Shown piece by piece: positions 12,797-26,364 of a stretch of DNA of 64,000 nt (positions are counted from its first letter, which is position 1; each line of letters begins with the position of its first letter). Made by a program: the position numbers and the translations under genes. The notes below the pieces were generated by a model. That model was not told where the DNA came from. It saw only the letters and a list, made by a program, of their open reading frames with translations, and ran no database searches. Origin of the DNA: Podospora anserina. Its lineage: Eukaryota. Where the stretch lies: assembly GCA_017654855.1 (NCBI GenBank), contig CM030337.1, forward strand, positions 1,426,001 to 1,490,000, written 5' to 3'.

Positions 12797-13564
12797 TTGT
12801 GTACCTTTGAGCTGTCATGTCATCAAATATATGCAGCAATCAGAGTGATGATGTATGCAGCTGGGCTCGCGACGATGATCGATGAGCACTCGGTATTACA
12901 ACACAGAACCAATACCAAGGCAGTGTTGCCGAAGGTCGTCGTGTTCTCGGCTACTCAAGAAGCGACAAGAAGCGATATCCCCGCGAAGCCCCGTCGCGCC
13001 GGCGCTACCCCGAAAATAGAGTGTAGCAAAAGTTGGGGGATTTTGGGGTTGGACATGGTGCATAATCCTAGCGTCGACCATGTCCTTGGTCTTGAATCGC
13101 AAACCTCCACTTTCCCCTGATCCCATGTGACGACCTTCCCAACGACTTCGACTCCCGATATCATTGCCGTCCGAAGCCTCCCGGGGTGATCCCGAACCCT
13201 CGCACGCTGGGCAAGCTTGTTTGTCCCGGCCAAGTGGTGGGGTCCCCGCCTTTTGCGGTTCTGCGAGGGGCCAAAATTCGAGCCGAAGTGGGAGGGGTTG
13301 ACCACGGGGTTGGTTGCGGTAGCGGACGCCATCGCGGGGACAGCACACGACACGATGCCGTCCGACAATAGAGGGGTGGTGGTCAGCAACAAGCTGGAGA
13401 TGGGACACTGGGAATTCATCAAGAAAAGGCGGAATCTGATCAGACAGACGTGGCTTCAAGTCAACTTTGTGCCAGGTGTCCCTACATATTCTCCCACCAC
13501 AAACACGACTCTGGCTGGTCTGGACCCTTGGAACATGATAGAGAAACTTGGGATTTGGCAGTGA
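12797..13564 (+). pseudogene. Possible degenerate gene relic (F-box-like 'CRQIY' family)
   Basis: ORFs 12797-13120 and 13217-13564 share a frame, separated by two TGA stops. LSCHQIYAAIRVMMY resembles the LxxCRQIYxExxxxLY motif of fungal F-box-like proteins. Confidence 0.3.
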
Positions 13565-15001
13565 TTCTGCGACAGAAACAGCTGCCGAATCACCAAGAGA
13601 TATTGAAGCTGATACTACCGATGCAGTGAATGCAGCGATCGCGGACTCGGTTCTGCACCGGATTCCATGTGGGGGTGCCAAGGACCACCTCCACGGCCCG
13701 GGCTTCGCTGTCCAAATCAATCCTACACTGTAAAAGTTCTTCAGCTTTCTTGTTGGTGCGGGGGATGCTCTCGTTGCAGCCGCCCTCCTTGTTGGGTTCT
13801 CTCAACTGTGAGCTCCCACCTTCCACTTGCCCTCATTCTTTTCCCTCCTCCCAGTCGCTTCTGTGTAGGTATCTTGGAAGAGAATCGAGATGCCTGTGTT
13901 CGTTCATGAACAAACGGAGTCCAATGGCGAATGCAAGATCTTCAGAAGAACAGGCCAGATATCAAACAACATTATGGGGTACGGTAGGTAGGTAGGTATC
14001 GTAGATCTCGCGCAGCGTACAATTTCGCAAGGTGCCGGCGGGGCGCGTAATGTACGGCGTATGTTAAAATACCACTCCACGTCGAAACGACGTCTGACTC
14101 GATTTGGAACGAGTGGGGACCCTTTCGCGCAATTTATTGCTGACTGTGCCAACAACTGGAGGCCAGGCGAGCTCGCCGTTTGCTGGGCTGGTCCGGCGGC
14201 CGTCGCACGTTGAGGAAAACCGCTCCCCGAGTCATCTTGTGTTCCAGGCTGGAGGCAGATATTAAAGCACTCTGGCGGACTGACGGGAATAGCCTTGCGG
14301 CTCTGATGAAACGGCACGTCACGCAAAGCCTCGTCTCCGTCTGATGAAGCGTTCCAGCGCTAGGTAGGCTGTGCGGTTGCTTGGCTGCCAGGCTGGGCGG
14401 ATATGGATCTCGTCGGAGATGGTGGAGTTGACAGATGGCACCCGACGGGTCTGGAAAAAGCCCGGGCCCCGGGACCCTGGAAGGTTGAGGCTAGCGTCCC
14501 GGGGCCAGCATGTGGTTATCTGTCGATAAAGTAAGACCGCCGCAATCCCGTACCGCTGAATAAAATTCTACTTGATTCTCTGGTTGACTGCCTCTTCCCT
14601 CAAGCGACTGCCCCCTTTCTTCTTCTTCTTCTTTTTTTATTTGTATTCTCTTCACTCGAGCAGCCTCCCCGTCGACCAGCCGCTTAACCCCTCCGCCTTG
14701 TCCCTCCCCTGAGACTTGTGCCTGTCTGCCGTCTGACAGCCACACGCTTGGAGGTCGGCGCTTGTTTGTCTTCCGTTGAATTGGCGCTCTCGCCCGCGCC
14801 GATCCGACACCGCGACCACTGGACGGCTAACGTTTGCCGGTTCCAATCCGCTTGCCCCGATCCGATCGCATCGGCGGCACCGCTCCTCCTTAACTTGAGG
14901 AGCTCTCCCCCGTTTCCGGCTCCCGGGACGGCCTCAGAACACACCGATAACACTCCTACGCCGTCATCGAGCCCCCGTTCTGCAGTCCGTGAACCGTCGC
15001 C

Positions 15002-17139
15002 ATGGCTGAACTCGATACGCTGGACATTATTGTCCTAGCCGCCATCCTCTTGGGGACGGTGGCATACTTCACCAAGGGCAAGCTTTGGGGCGTCGCCAAG
15101 GACCCCTATGCCAGCTCTCTCGCGGCCGCCAGTGGCGCCAAGGCTGGAAAGACAAGAAACATTCTCGAGAAGATGGAGGAGTCTGGCAAGAACTGCATTA
15201 TTTTCTATGGATCGCAAACTGGCACCGCTGAGGACTACGCCTCGAGACTCGCAAAGGAGGGCAAGAGCCGTTATGGCCTCGAGACCATGGTTGCCGACTT
15301 GGAGGACTACGACTACGACAATCTCGATGCCATCCCTGAGGACAAGGTCGTCATGTTTGTGCTTGCCACCTACGGTGAGGGCGAGCCCACCGACAACGCT
15401 GTTGACTTTTACGAGTTCATCAACGGAGACTCCCCGCAATTCACTTTGGACAACGAACCCGCTCTTGGCAACCTGAACTACGTCGCTTTCGGTCTTGGCA
15501 ACAACACTTATGAGCACTACAACATCATGGTTCGCAACGTGGACAAGGCCCTTCAGAAGCTGGGTGCCCACCGCATTGGTCAGGCTGGCGAGGGTGACGA
15601 TGGCGCTGGCACCATGGAAGAGGATTTCTTGGCTTGGAAGGACCCCATGTGGAAGGCTCTCGCTGAGAAGATGGGTCTTGAGGAGCGCGAGGCTGTCTAT
15701 GAGCCCGTATTTGGTATCGTTGAACGTGACACTCTTACTGCCGAGTCCCCTGAGGTCTACCTTGGTGAGCCCAACAAGACCCACCTCGATGGTACCCCCA
15801 AGGGCCCCTTCAACGCGCACAACCCCTACATCGCCCCTATCGCCGAATCCTACGAGTTGTTCAACGTCAAGGACCGCAACTGCCTTCACATGGAAGTCGA
15901 CATCAGCGCCTCTAATCTCAGCTACCAGACTGGTGACCATCTCGCTGTTTGGCCCACCAACCCTGGCGAGGAGGTCGACCGGTTCCTCAATGTCTTGGGT
16001 CTCACTGAAAAGCGCAAGGATGTTATCTCTGTCAAGGCCCTGGAACCCACCGCCAAGGTCCCCTTCCCGACCCCCACCACCTTCGATGCCATTGTTCGCT
16101 ACCACATGGAAATCTGCGCTCCTGTCTCTCGTCAATTTCTCGCTACTCTTGCCCCCTTCGCTCCCGACGAGGCTTCCAAGGCTGAGATGACCAAGCTCGG
16201 TGGTGACAAGGACTACTTCCACGACAAGATCAACGTTCATCATCTCAACATCGGCCGCGTTCTGGAAATTGTTGGCAAGGGTCAGAAGTGGTCCAACGTC
16301 CCCTTCTCCGCTTTCATTGAGGGCATCACCAAGCTGCAACCCCGTTACTACTCCATCTCGTCCTCTTCCCTTGAGCAACCCAAGAAGATTTCCATCACCT
16401 GCGTCGTCGAGGAGCAGAAGCTCCCCGGTCGCGAAGATCCTTTCCGGGGTGTCTCTACCAACTACCTCTTGGCTCTCAAGCAGAAGCAGAACGGCGACCC
16501 CAACCCCAGCCCCTATGGTTTGACTTACGAGATCACTGGTCCCCGCAACAAGTACGATGGTATCCACGTCCCCGTCCACGTCCGTCATTCCAACTTCAAG
16601 CTGCCCTCGGATCCCCTCAAGCCTGTCATTATGGTTGGCCCTGGTACCGGTGTTGCTCCTTTCAGAGGTTTCGTCCGTGAGCGCAGAAAGATGGTTGAGA
16701 ACGGTCAGACCGTTGGTAAGACCATCTTGTTCTTTGGCTGCCGCAAGTCCACCGAGGACTTCTTGTACTCCAAGGAGTGGGAGGAGGCCAAGCAGGTCAT
16801 GGGAGACAGCTTCGAGATTGTTACTGCCTTCTCTCGCGAGAGCAACAAGAAGGTCTATGTCCAGCACCGGCTGAAAGAAAGGTCCAAGGAGATCAACGAG
16901 CTCCTTGAGAAGAAGGCTTACTTCTATGTTTGCGGTGACGCCGCCAACATGGCCCGTGAGGTACACAATGTGCTGGGCCAGATCATTTCTGAGGAGAGGG
17001 GTGTCCCAGAGGCCAAGGCTGAGGACATCGTGAAGAACATGAGGGCTTCCAACCAGTACCAGGTATGTTTTAATCCTCTATATCACGTTTACCAAGAGCA
17101 ATCACTGACAACACGTTACAGGAGGACGTCTGGTCATGA
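15002..17139 (+). CDS. NCP1: NADPH-cytochrome P450 reductase; exons 15002-17062 and 17122-17139
   Basis: N-terminal TM anchor, FMN motifs YGSQTGTAE and ATYGEGEPTDNA, FAD motif RYYSISSS and NADPH motif GPGTGVAPF. Intron 17063-17121 yields the canonical C-terminus YQEDVWS*. Confidence 0.98.
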
Positions 17140-20100
17140 GCACAAATCAAATACGGGAGGTGACGGGTGGTGTGTTTTGTTTTGATCTCATTGATTTAGG
17201 GGGTCTATTTTTTTGGCTGGCTGGCTGGGGCTGGAATGGGCTGGGAAAGAAAGGGTGGCAAACACAATTTAGCAGGGCGCTAAAAGGCTGGTTGTCAAAT
17301 TTGTATAGCGATTTTCCATTGCAAACTTTCTTCATCACACGCACACACACACCACATTGACACACACACACATTACATGCATGGAATATAGAATGGACCG
17401 GGTGGGCGGGGAGCACACTATGATATATCAGGCTCCAAAGGACAAATTCATTTGGGGTGTGTGGAGGTTGGGTTGGGTTGGGTGTTTTTTTCTTTTTGGG
17501 AAGAAGGAAGATTTTTATCATCTGTCCATATCTATATATTTTTGCACAGCACCTTTGTTACGTGGTTGGGTTTGTGGCGTGGTGGTGGTAGATTACTCCC
17601 TAATTGTTATTTTTTTCTTCTCCGAAGAGGTATCGTTGGGATCTTGGTTTAAGCACACCATCATCAAGTACAACCACACTCTCCCAATGCATCAATCACA
17701 CAACTACTTGACCTGCACAACCCACCAAATCCTCAGACACTCGTTATAATCATTCTCTAAAGACACACATGAAAGTGTAACTCGAATAACTGACACTGAT
17801 TATTCAGCATGTTGCCGCAATCCCGTATCAATGATGGGCTGCATGTGATTTCACTGAGTCGTAATGAAGGTATGTATGCTCAATTAAACTGTTCTCATCT
17901 ATGGTTCCCGTCTCTACAGTGCGATGTGGATTGGTGGTGTTGTGAATGATACAACCCTAACCCCCCTCCCCCTACCAGATGAGATTCCCTGATCTCATCA
18001 TTGGAAATGGGGGCATCCCTGATTGTTATCCCTTTGTATATTTCCCATTGTTTGTTGGGCATGTGAGGGTTTTGGAGAAGAGCAAGTTTGAGTAGTAACG
18101 AGTAATGATGGCGTCGGGGGTGAACTTGATCGTGTTGTCTGGTCGGTGGCGTGGTTGTGTACTGAGTGTATGATGGAAGGTCCCGACGATGGGGCTTGGT
18201 CTTCGCTCTTTCTCATGGCTACACAACCTTTGAGTGAGTTTAATGACTGGCTGCAATGACGATCTACAGACCAGATTGGCCAGGGAATCTGTCCGGCAGG
18301 AGACGTGCAGGTTTAAAGTGTATGGTTGCTTCATGTCTCGGAGCTCTGGCTTTCCTTTGCTTCCTTGGCATCTTTCCGTCTTTTGTAGGTGTGTCTTCGG
18401 TCAGCTTGGTGCAAACAGCCACAAATATCCCGTTCTGAGCTGAGAAATGGAGGGATATTTTTTTGTTGTTTTTATTTTCTTTCGTGGGCTAAATAGCGTC
18501 TCTAGTATTTGGGTTATTTGTTGAACTACGTGCCCCTTTTAGCCCCCTTTTTCTTCTCGCTGATGCCAAGCCGCTGGCACTCGCACATAAAAGTCGAACT
18601 TCATTTCATCCCGATGCCGACTGGACCCAGAAATCGAAGCAGCAAATGGGATTTTCCAAGGAGTTGACACCAAAAAAAGAAAATCCAACGCACAGTATGA
18701 GAAACGTAGGGAGAAAAAGCAAGATACAGGCGGTCGGGCGGTGTCTTGTCTCGGGACGGTCACGGTCTTGCTGCCTGTCTATGCAAGAAAACAAAACACG
18801 CATGTCAACAAAAAGAAGCAAACGAAGGATGGAATCCACGGGGCATTGCAGCGCACAACACATACATGCTGCAAGCAAGATGCAAAGGAAAAGTAAGGAG
18901 GCCCATATCCCACCACCTGTTTGGAAGGTTTTGACGATGGGGGTGGGTGGTGGACATCCAGTGGTGGTTAGGTAAGTCATGGTGTGGGAGCACCGGTGGA
19001 AAGCCACCGGGGAATTTCACTGCCCGGGGTTCGACCCCAGAGACATATTTCTCGCAAGTGACTGAAACATTGATGAACCTACCTTACGCAACGGCCAATC
19101 GTCTTTTCTTTTTTCTTGTAACCTTGGGATGAGGGGGTTGAGGCGTGGGTGTGCATGCAGCAGCCGTCTATCTATTCCGAATTCCAACCACTCAGACCAA
19201 AATGCATATTGCATACAGCGAGCCATCACGTTTTCGGGCAAAATGGACAGAGTGGGAAGAAAGTCAAACCATCGCGCCACGCGAGTTCAACAGGCACACA
19301 CATGCATATAACAGTGGAGAGAGAGAGGCGTGTTTCCAGAACGGTCAACGGCGATCTTGCTGGAGGGCTTGGATTTCGGGATAGAGTTATCTACACGCCC
19401 CCACCCCCCTCTCTCAGACCCTGCTCATTCCCGTCCGCATATACACTCACATGCTAGATGTATGCCCGCCATGGATCTCCTCTACTACCTGTGGCTGCCC
19501 ACCCGGCAGGCTGCTTGTAGGTCGTGGTCCGCAGACTATGTGGCCTGTCATCGGAGATCTGTTCCGTATGGTTGAAAAAGGGTGGTGGCGAAAACGTTCT
19601 TATACCCCGACATTTGCTGCATCTCAGTCTTGGATCTGACGGTTGAAATCCTCCTTTCTTCCTTCGCAGAGGACGAAAAGACCACACACACCAACTTCAC
19701 ATGACGAACCCCATCTATTGCTAGTTGAAGTCTCTTCCCTTCGGATTGTTGCCCTCCAGTATCCTTATCCAGTTTTTCATCTTCAGCCAATATCCTACGG
19801 ACTGTCTGTTGCACACATCTTCTTTCGACGGCATATTTTAGCCAGTCACAAGGTTGAGGCATAACTATCAGCGGCATCAGTATTCGAGAAGAAATTGGTA
19901 CGTCATCATGTAAGCTTCTTACTGAGAGATCTTGGAAAGGGAGCGCTGATGACAGGAACAGCGAGAGATATCGGCACCGATCGAAAGGAAGCTCCAAAGT
20001 TTGGAAGGGCTGCCTCGTCTGGGTACTTGACCCGTGCTCGGCAAGCCACAACCCTACCAGTCCCGTTGTCGCCGTTCGCGGCCGTTTTATTCCACCGGGC

Positions 20101-21574
20101 AACTCATATTGTGGACGAGATAGATTCAAGCTGGAAGCCATACCCACGACGATCACAGCAGTTGGCAAGTGGCTTGTTGCAACACCAACTTCCAGGTTGT
20201 TGACTTCTCGATTAAGGGTGTGGACGTGTGGAACTGGGGAGCCACGTTTGGACGAGAGTTCGAGATAAGCAGGAGCAAGATTCGACACACTACACGTTCG
20301 ACATCCCACATTCTTGCAAGTAAAGAGCCTGATAGAAGGGTTTGCGTCATCACATGCTCCCGCAGGTTCTTTCCTAAAGGTGCTCCTTCCCCGTCCAAAC
20401 AGAACAGCCCGCCCAGTCACCTGGAGACGGGATCGCTCCCAGCTGGAAGTGAAGTGCAAGAGTAACATCCACCTGCCCCGCCAGCCTCGTCCGTAGCCAT
20501 CCTGCGCCTTGAGCCTTGCTCTTTCCTCTTCAGAGTTTTCATCTCGACCGCCAACTTGGAAATCAGCATCTCTTTCGATTCCGACGGCACTCTCATCTCC
20601 TCCCCCATCCCCCGCTCCCTCGGCACCGATACAGCATCGCTAGGCAGTAACCATCACATTATCTTGCATCCGTACCTCACCTCCACCAGCTACTGCTATC
20701 TAGTCCGTAAGTCAATCTTCCATTTTAAGGTATCATTTCTGCCAGGAAAGCGCGAGAAAGGGCTTCCCAGTGGTTGTCTCCGCGATCCATTCTCCGCCTT
20801 ACCCACCCTTTTGAGCTCGTCTGCGACCACCTACCTGCCCTCAACGACCCGTGCCTTCCTCCAGGCCTCTGCCTGCTGTGTTTCAACAGCAGGAGTAGCA
20901 TGTGGTCAGCCACAACATTCACTTCTTGCGGGTCTCTCCTCGGTTCCACTCCCCAGGGCGGTAGCGGTCACTTACTTCACTTTACTTCACCCTGGTCGGT
21001 GTCGTCCCATCTTCCTCTCTTTTTAAAACATTCACCATCCATTCCCATCTCCTTGTTTTGGTCTCTTGTGGACTCTGCCTGATCTCTCGTTACAGCATCA
21101 ACACACCAGTCAGACCCCGAATCTCTTCCATTCATCGCCGATAGCTCGATCTATCCCCTTACTCCAGCACTCGCTTTGCATTCAACAATTTGGCCTCTAA
21201 CATTCTCCATCACTGAGTGGCTCGGTTTCTTGTATTCGCAGCATCTGTCGAATCAGCAGTACAAGACAAGATCATTTTGGAGGTGTGCGCGACTTTTCTC
21301 TTTCACTTCAGCGACTCTCCCTCATTACAGTTCTTCCTCGCGACAACTTAGCTTTTCTGTCCCATCGCATACTGACTCTTGTTTTGTTGCAGTGATCTCT
21401 TGATTCTTTCCCTCAGAATTTCAAGGTACGCGACAACGAACTCCTTCGTCCAATCTTCCACTTTCCTACTTTCTCTCGACCACCATCGACCTTGTCCAAG
21501 CCCTGGAGGCCATCCTAACATCCTGCCTGGGGAACACATCGCTAACCATGTTTTCAGACTGTATTTTCGCAACC

Positions 21575-23542
21575 ATGTCTCATTACCGCACCAACAACGG
21601 CATGTCCTCCGAGGCTGGCGGCAACCGTCAGGGTACATACTCGGCTTACTTGGGGGCCCAAGTTGGGCACAGCCAGCAGGGCTTACATGGCTCTCATGTC
21701 CATCACCTTGGTCACAGCTCCGAGGGCATGGACTCCCTCGCGAGCCAGTTCGGTGCGATGAGTCTTCCACCCAGCAATGGCCACGGAGCCTCCAACATGT
21801 CGCAGATCCAGCAGCATGGATACATGACCGCCCAGGAGCAACCTGTCGCTTACCAGGGCTACTCAGTTCCTGTTCATGTCGGATTAGCCCCCGAGGCTGC
21901 CTATGGCTACAGCGTTTCTGGCCAGTATCCTGTTCAGGGGAATTACGCTCCTTTGCCTGTTCCGTACCACGCCATGCCCTATACCCCCGGTCGCGTTGCC
22001 TCTTATGCCGATCGTAGCAGCAGCGAGGTTCCCGCTTTGGAGAACCGCCGCGGCTCATACTCAACCACCGAGTCGACTCCGGCCACTCCTTTCTTTGGTA
22101 GCGCTTCGGAGCGTGGTGCTGGCTCCCGTGTTGCTGTCTTTCGTTCAAGCTACACGACCCCTTCTCCGGAGCAGGTTGTGATGCCCGGTACCGCTCCCAA
22201 GGCCTCCTCGCAGCCCATTGACGAGGAACTTTTGGAGTTGCTCAAGGTGAATCCAGCAATTCCCGAGGCTGTCCCGGCGGTCTTTACCCCGCCCACGCAC
22301 ATCAAGTCGATCGAGCAATGTCTCGAGAACCGCATTCACGGCAATCGCAATGTCTACATTCGCGGCTTGCACCCCACCACAGACGACGATTTGCTGCACC
22401 GCTATGCTTCTCGTTTTGGAACCGTTGAGCAGAGCAAGGCCATTATTGACACTGCCACTGGCGCTTGCAAAGGGTACGCTCCCTATCACCTCAGCTTCCC
22501 CTTGGTTGGACTTTTGACTAACATGTTTTCTCAGTTTTGGATTTGCCAAGTTCGCCGATGTCCGCGACTCGGAGAAATGCATTCGCGGGTTCTACCATCT
22601 TGGGTATGAGGTTGGCTTTGCTCGCGTAAGTTCACTATTGCTCTGCGGCCCTCGGTTCGTCCTAATCATGATCACAGGAGAGTTTCAATGCGAGACTGAA
22701 GGCCGAGGGCGACGAAGGTTCGACCAATTTGTACCTCTCCAACCTGCCCAAGCGTCTCAACGAGTCGGAGTTGAACGCCATTTTCACTGGCTATCATGTC
22801 GTGTCCAGCAAGATTCTTCGCGATAGCATGGGCAACAGCCGTGGCGTCGGTTTTGCTCGGTAGGTTCTTCCACACTGGCTGGTTGGGCAAGCAAGTTGCT
22901 AATTCCGTCTAGGTTCGAGTCTCGCGAGGAGTGCGAGCAGATTATCAAGCAGTACCATGGTGCCTCCATTGGAGACGAGGGCATGTTGATGCAGGTTCGC
23001 TACGCCGACACGCCGGCCCAGAAGGAGCTCAAGCGTATCACCGCCGAGCGTCGCCAATTCCGCACGAACGAGTACAATATTGGTGCTTATGGTACTGCAG
23101 ATGTTGGCATTCACCCCAGCATCTACCAGCAGGCCCCTTGGACCCGCCGCGGTGGCGTGGGATCTGATATGTGAGTTGCTTTTCCCATACCACTCGGCAC
23201 GATTGCCTGACTAACCTTCCATGTAGTTCTTACGCTCCTCGCGTTCCTGTCCGCACTAGCATTGGTACTGCTAGTACGAACACGACTCCAGTCATGTCTC
23301 AGGGTCTTGGTCGCACCAACTTGATGTATGTCCAGCCCCCACGTCTTGTGGTTACTCTGGCTCAAGATGACTCACATGCTGTTTGCAGACACAGCATTCC
23401 TTCGGTGACTGCGTCTTCGGATGATGGATCAGCCGACGAGGGCGTGACGGTGGTCGACTCTCCCACCGTCAAGAAGGGCAGTACCCAATCGTCGCCCACC
23501 ATCAAGAAGGATACCGCCACCATCAAGAACGAGAAGGCATAG
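21575..23542 (+). CDS. Two-RRM RNA/ssDNA-binding protein of MSSP/RBMS type, 6 coding exons
   Basis: RNP motifs NVYIRGL...CKG|FGFAKF and TNLYLSNLP...GVGFAR|FE. Introns at 22474-22534, 22626-22677, 22860-22912, 23171-23227 and 23326-23388, plus a likely 5'UTR intron at 21426-21557. Confidence 0.88.
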
Positions 23543-24315
23543 AGATGGATGCAAGTTGATCCCTGGACAACGACAACCACCATGTTGAAGTAAATTTCTG
23601 GAACGTTGACAACAACTTTCATATCTCGAGAGATTCTGTTCCAGACAATATCGATTACGAGTTTATTGTCATTTCGGTTGGAGCGCGGCGGCCTTAGGTT
23701 TGTTCGGCGAGTGTTTGGGCTGCCCCAGCACACATAATTACCTCTCTGCTATATTTAGTGGACGAAAACATGTTAGTCATATGGTTTATCAACTCGTTTT
23801 CAGAGAGGGTGGAGGACGGCAGCAAGAATTGTTTGTTTTGTTTCTGTGTTAATATTCTCTGGGAGATTCGGTGTAGTTTTTGTTAGCTTGGTAATCGACG
23901 AATGGAAGAGATCGATTTTAGCATTTTCGCAGGACAGATTGCGGTGATCGTGTCTTTGATTGCTTCCTGTTAGATTGCGACAAGTGTACATGTCCTGTCA
24001 GGCGCAGTCCAGACAACTTGTGCAAAGAAACGTGAGGTGAAATTGCTTTGAGGAATGAAGACAGCGAATAGAGCACAACAGGACCCAACATGGGAGTTCA
24101 GAGAGTAGAAGTAATGAGATATGCGCAGTGCTATGAGAAGATGATGGAAGTAATACAGACAAGAAAAGAAGTGGGTGATACATGTCAAGGCCATAGCTAT
24201 AGACAGAGCTCAGTACCGTCATAGCTGAAAGATGGGAACAAGGTTATGTGTTGGGAGGTTGTAGCAAATCAACTTGGGGGGTTTCTCATTTTTTATTTTT
24301 GGGGGATTACCCTAC

Positions 24316-25686
24316 TTACGTCTTGTTATTTATGCTCAGTTTCTCCATCCCTTGTTCAGCTCCTGATTCTGACGGAGATTGAAACCCGATGACTATTGAT
24401 GGTTGTTCTTCCTTCTCTTTCTCATCTGTGTTCGCCTCTTCTCCCTCCTTGTCTTCTTCGTCCTCATCCTCGTCGTCATCATCTTCCTCGTCATCTGATG
24501 GCTCGAACGCCTCTGGATTCTGCAGCTTCTCCTCCTCGTGCTGCCTGATAGCCGCCTCGAGGTCCTTGGCCATCTTCTTTGTGATACCCGACGCCTCCAG
24601 CGTGGCGTCTAACCTCTGAAACCCGTCTCTTCCAACCGTCTTTTTGACATCCTTGTAAAAAGGGCCCGGAGTGGTGGGCTTGAAGTGAAATCGGCGCTCG
24701 AAAAAGATCTTGATGCAGTTGATGTCGCGGTCAAAGTACATTTCCGCATTCACATGCTCCATGGAGATCATCTGCGGAAAGTCGATGACGACAGGGACAA
24801 GCGTGATTTCTTCGGTTCCCGTTTCCGGGTTGGTGGAGACGTCCTCCCGGATGAGGATGTTGAACTCGTTGTAGTCGCCGTGGATGAGGCCGTGCTTAGC
24901 CAGGCGGAGGTAGAGTTCTATGAGCGAGGCGTAGAGGGCTGCCGGGTCGGGGACGGAGGAGATTTGGCGGAGGGGGGGCGCGTCGACGAGGGACATGACG
25001 ATTGTGTGGCGGGAGTGGGCGATGGGGGTGGGCACGGGGATGCCGGCGGAGTGGAGGGCGGAGAGGAAGGCGTATTCTTTGCGGGCGGCGAGGGTGGAGA
25101 GGTACATCCAGGAGCCGGAGGCGTTCTTTTTGAGGTAGTCTCTATTGGTTTTTACGGTGCGGAAGGAGATGCGGCCGAGGCGGTGGATTTTGAGGATTTG
25201 CTGGGCGCCGGTGTGGTCGGCTACGAGCATGATGTCGGATTCTTTGCCGACGCCTACGCGGGTGCCGACGGAGTAGATGTGCTTTTTTTGGGAGTGGGTG
25301 TGGAGGGCTAGGTAGTCTAGGCCGCCGTAAGTGAGGCGGTAGCCGTCGTATTTGGCTTCTTTCATCTTGGCGATGAGGGAGGTTTTGGCGAGGGTGGAGA
25401 TGCATTTGGAGACGAGGGAGGAGCCGCCTTTGAGGCGGGAGAAGCGCTCGATGATGGGGACGGGGACGAGTTCGTGGTTTTTGGAGCCTTGTTCGACCTG
25501 TGGTGGTGGTTAGTTGAGGTGGCTGTGAAGGGATGGGATAATGGGGTTCATAGGGGGGTGGTCCGTTGAGGCCAGCAAGGTACATGATGCTGGTCTTGGT
25601 GGTGTGAAGGAGGGGCAACTTACAGCTGCGAGGACCTTCCAGTCCTCCGCCGTTAGATGGCGCATAGCCCGTGTGTCCAACTTCAT
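24316..25686 (-). CDS. RIO2: RIO2 atypical kinase (40S maturation); exons 25686-25624 and 25497-24316
   Basis: MKLDTRAMRHLTAEDWKVLAA|VEQGSKNHELVP, GYRLTYGGLDYLAL, GVGKESDI, IHGDYNEFNIL, IDFPQM, and an acidic tail. Confidence 0.97.
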
Positions 25687-26364
25687 GGTTGCGACTTGAC
25701 TGATATCACCTTATAAAGGCTGTATTGTGAAGCAGTAGTTTTCCCAGGATGAGTTCAAAGGCCAGGGTGGGATATCAAATGCGCGCCCGGATTCCCTTAA
25801 GTGATGTCTGTCAGTGCCCCTCCATTGCATTGCGCTGTGCCCACCAAAAATTCATGGCCCGTCATGAGCGATAAGATCTTTGATAAGATTAGATATGAAC
25901 CCAGAACAGCCCCGCCTGGGCACGAGGGTTTGACGAGGGAAACGGAATTTGTATTTACCGGAAGATTCTTGGCGGGCGGTGAGCTGACCTCACCTGTCAA
26001 GGATCTGGGAGACAAAGGGTCGAGGTTAGCTCAGTGGAGCACTGGCCACTCAGGTTGGGCCCGCCTTGTGTCCCAGTGCCAGGCGGCCAAGCAGTGTCGC
26101 GTAACCAGCAAGCTGCCTGCCCGCCTCAGCATCAACGGGAAGAATTGCTAAGCTTTCTTCCATCTCCGACTCCAACACCGACATTATTCAACTGTTTACG
26201 AACCATTGCCATTCATTACAGATTACTGCCATACTGGGGGATTTGCGACGCCTTATCCAACCCGTCAATTACCAGGAAACCTCCCCTCACTTTTGACCCC
26301 CGCCACCTTCCGCAGGCCCAACGGAGCTTGACAACATCCCATCCCTTCACACATAACTGCAACC

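Noticed and set aside
15035..16966. 643-aa antisense ORF over NCP1
   Set aside because: Exact codon-register shadow of a strongly codon-biased gene, with no recognisable motifs.
17335..17372. (CA)n tracts downstream of NCP1, and CAA/CAG runs near 61890-61950
   Set aside because: Ordinary short, imperfect UTR microsatellites.
19548..20468. 306-aa minus-strand ORF in the long spacer
   Set aside because: Non-ATG start, no motifs and no coding-like composition; likely chance.
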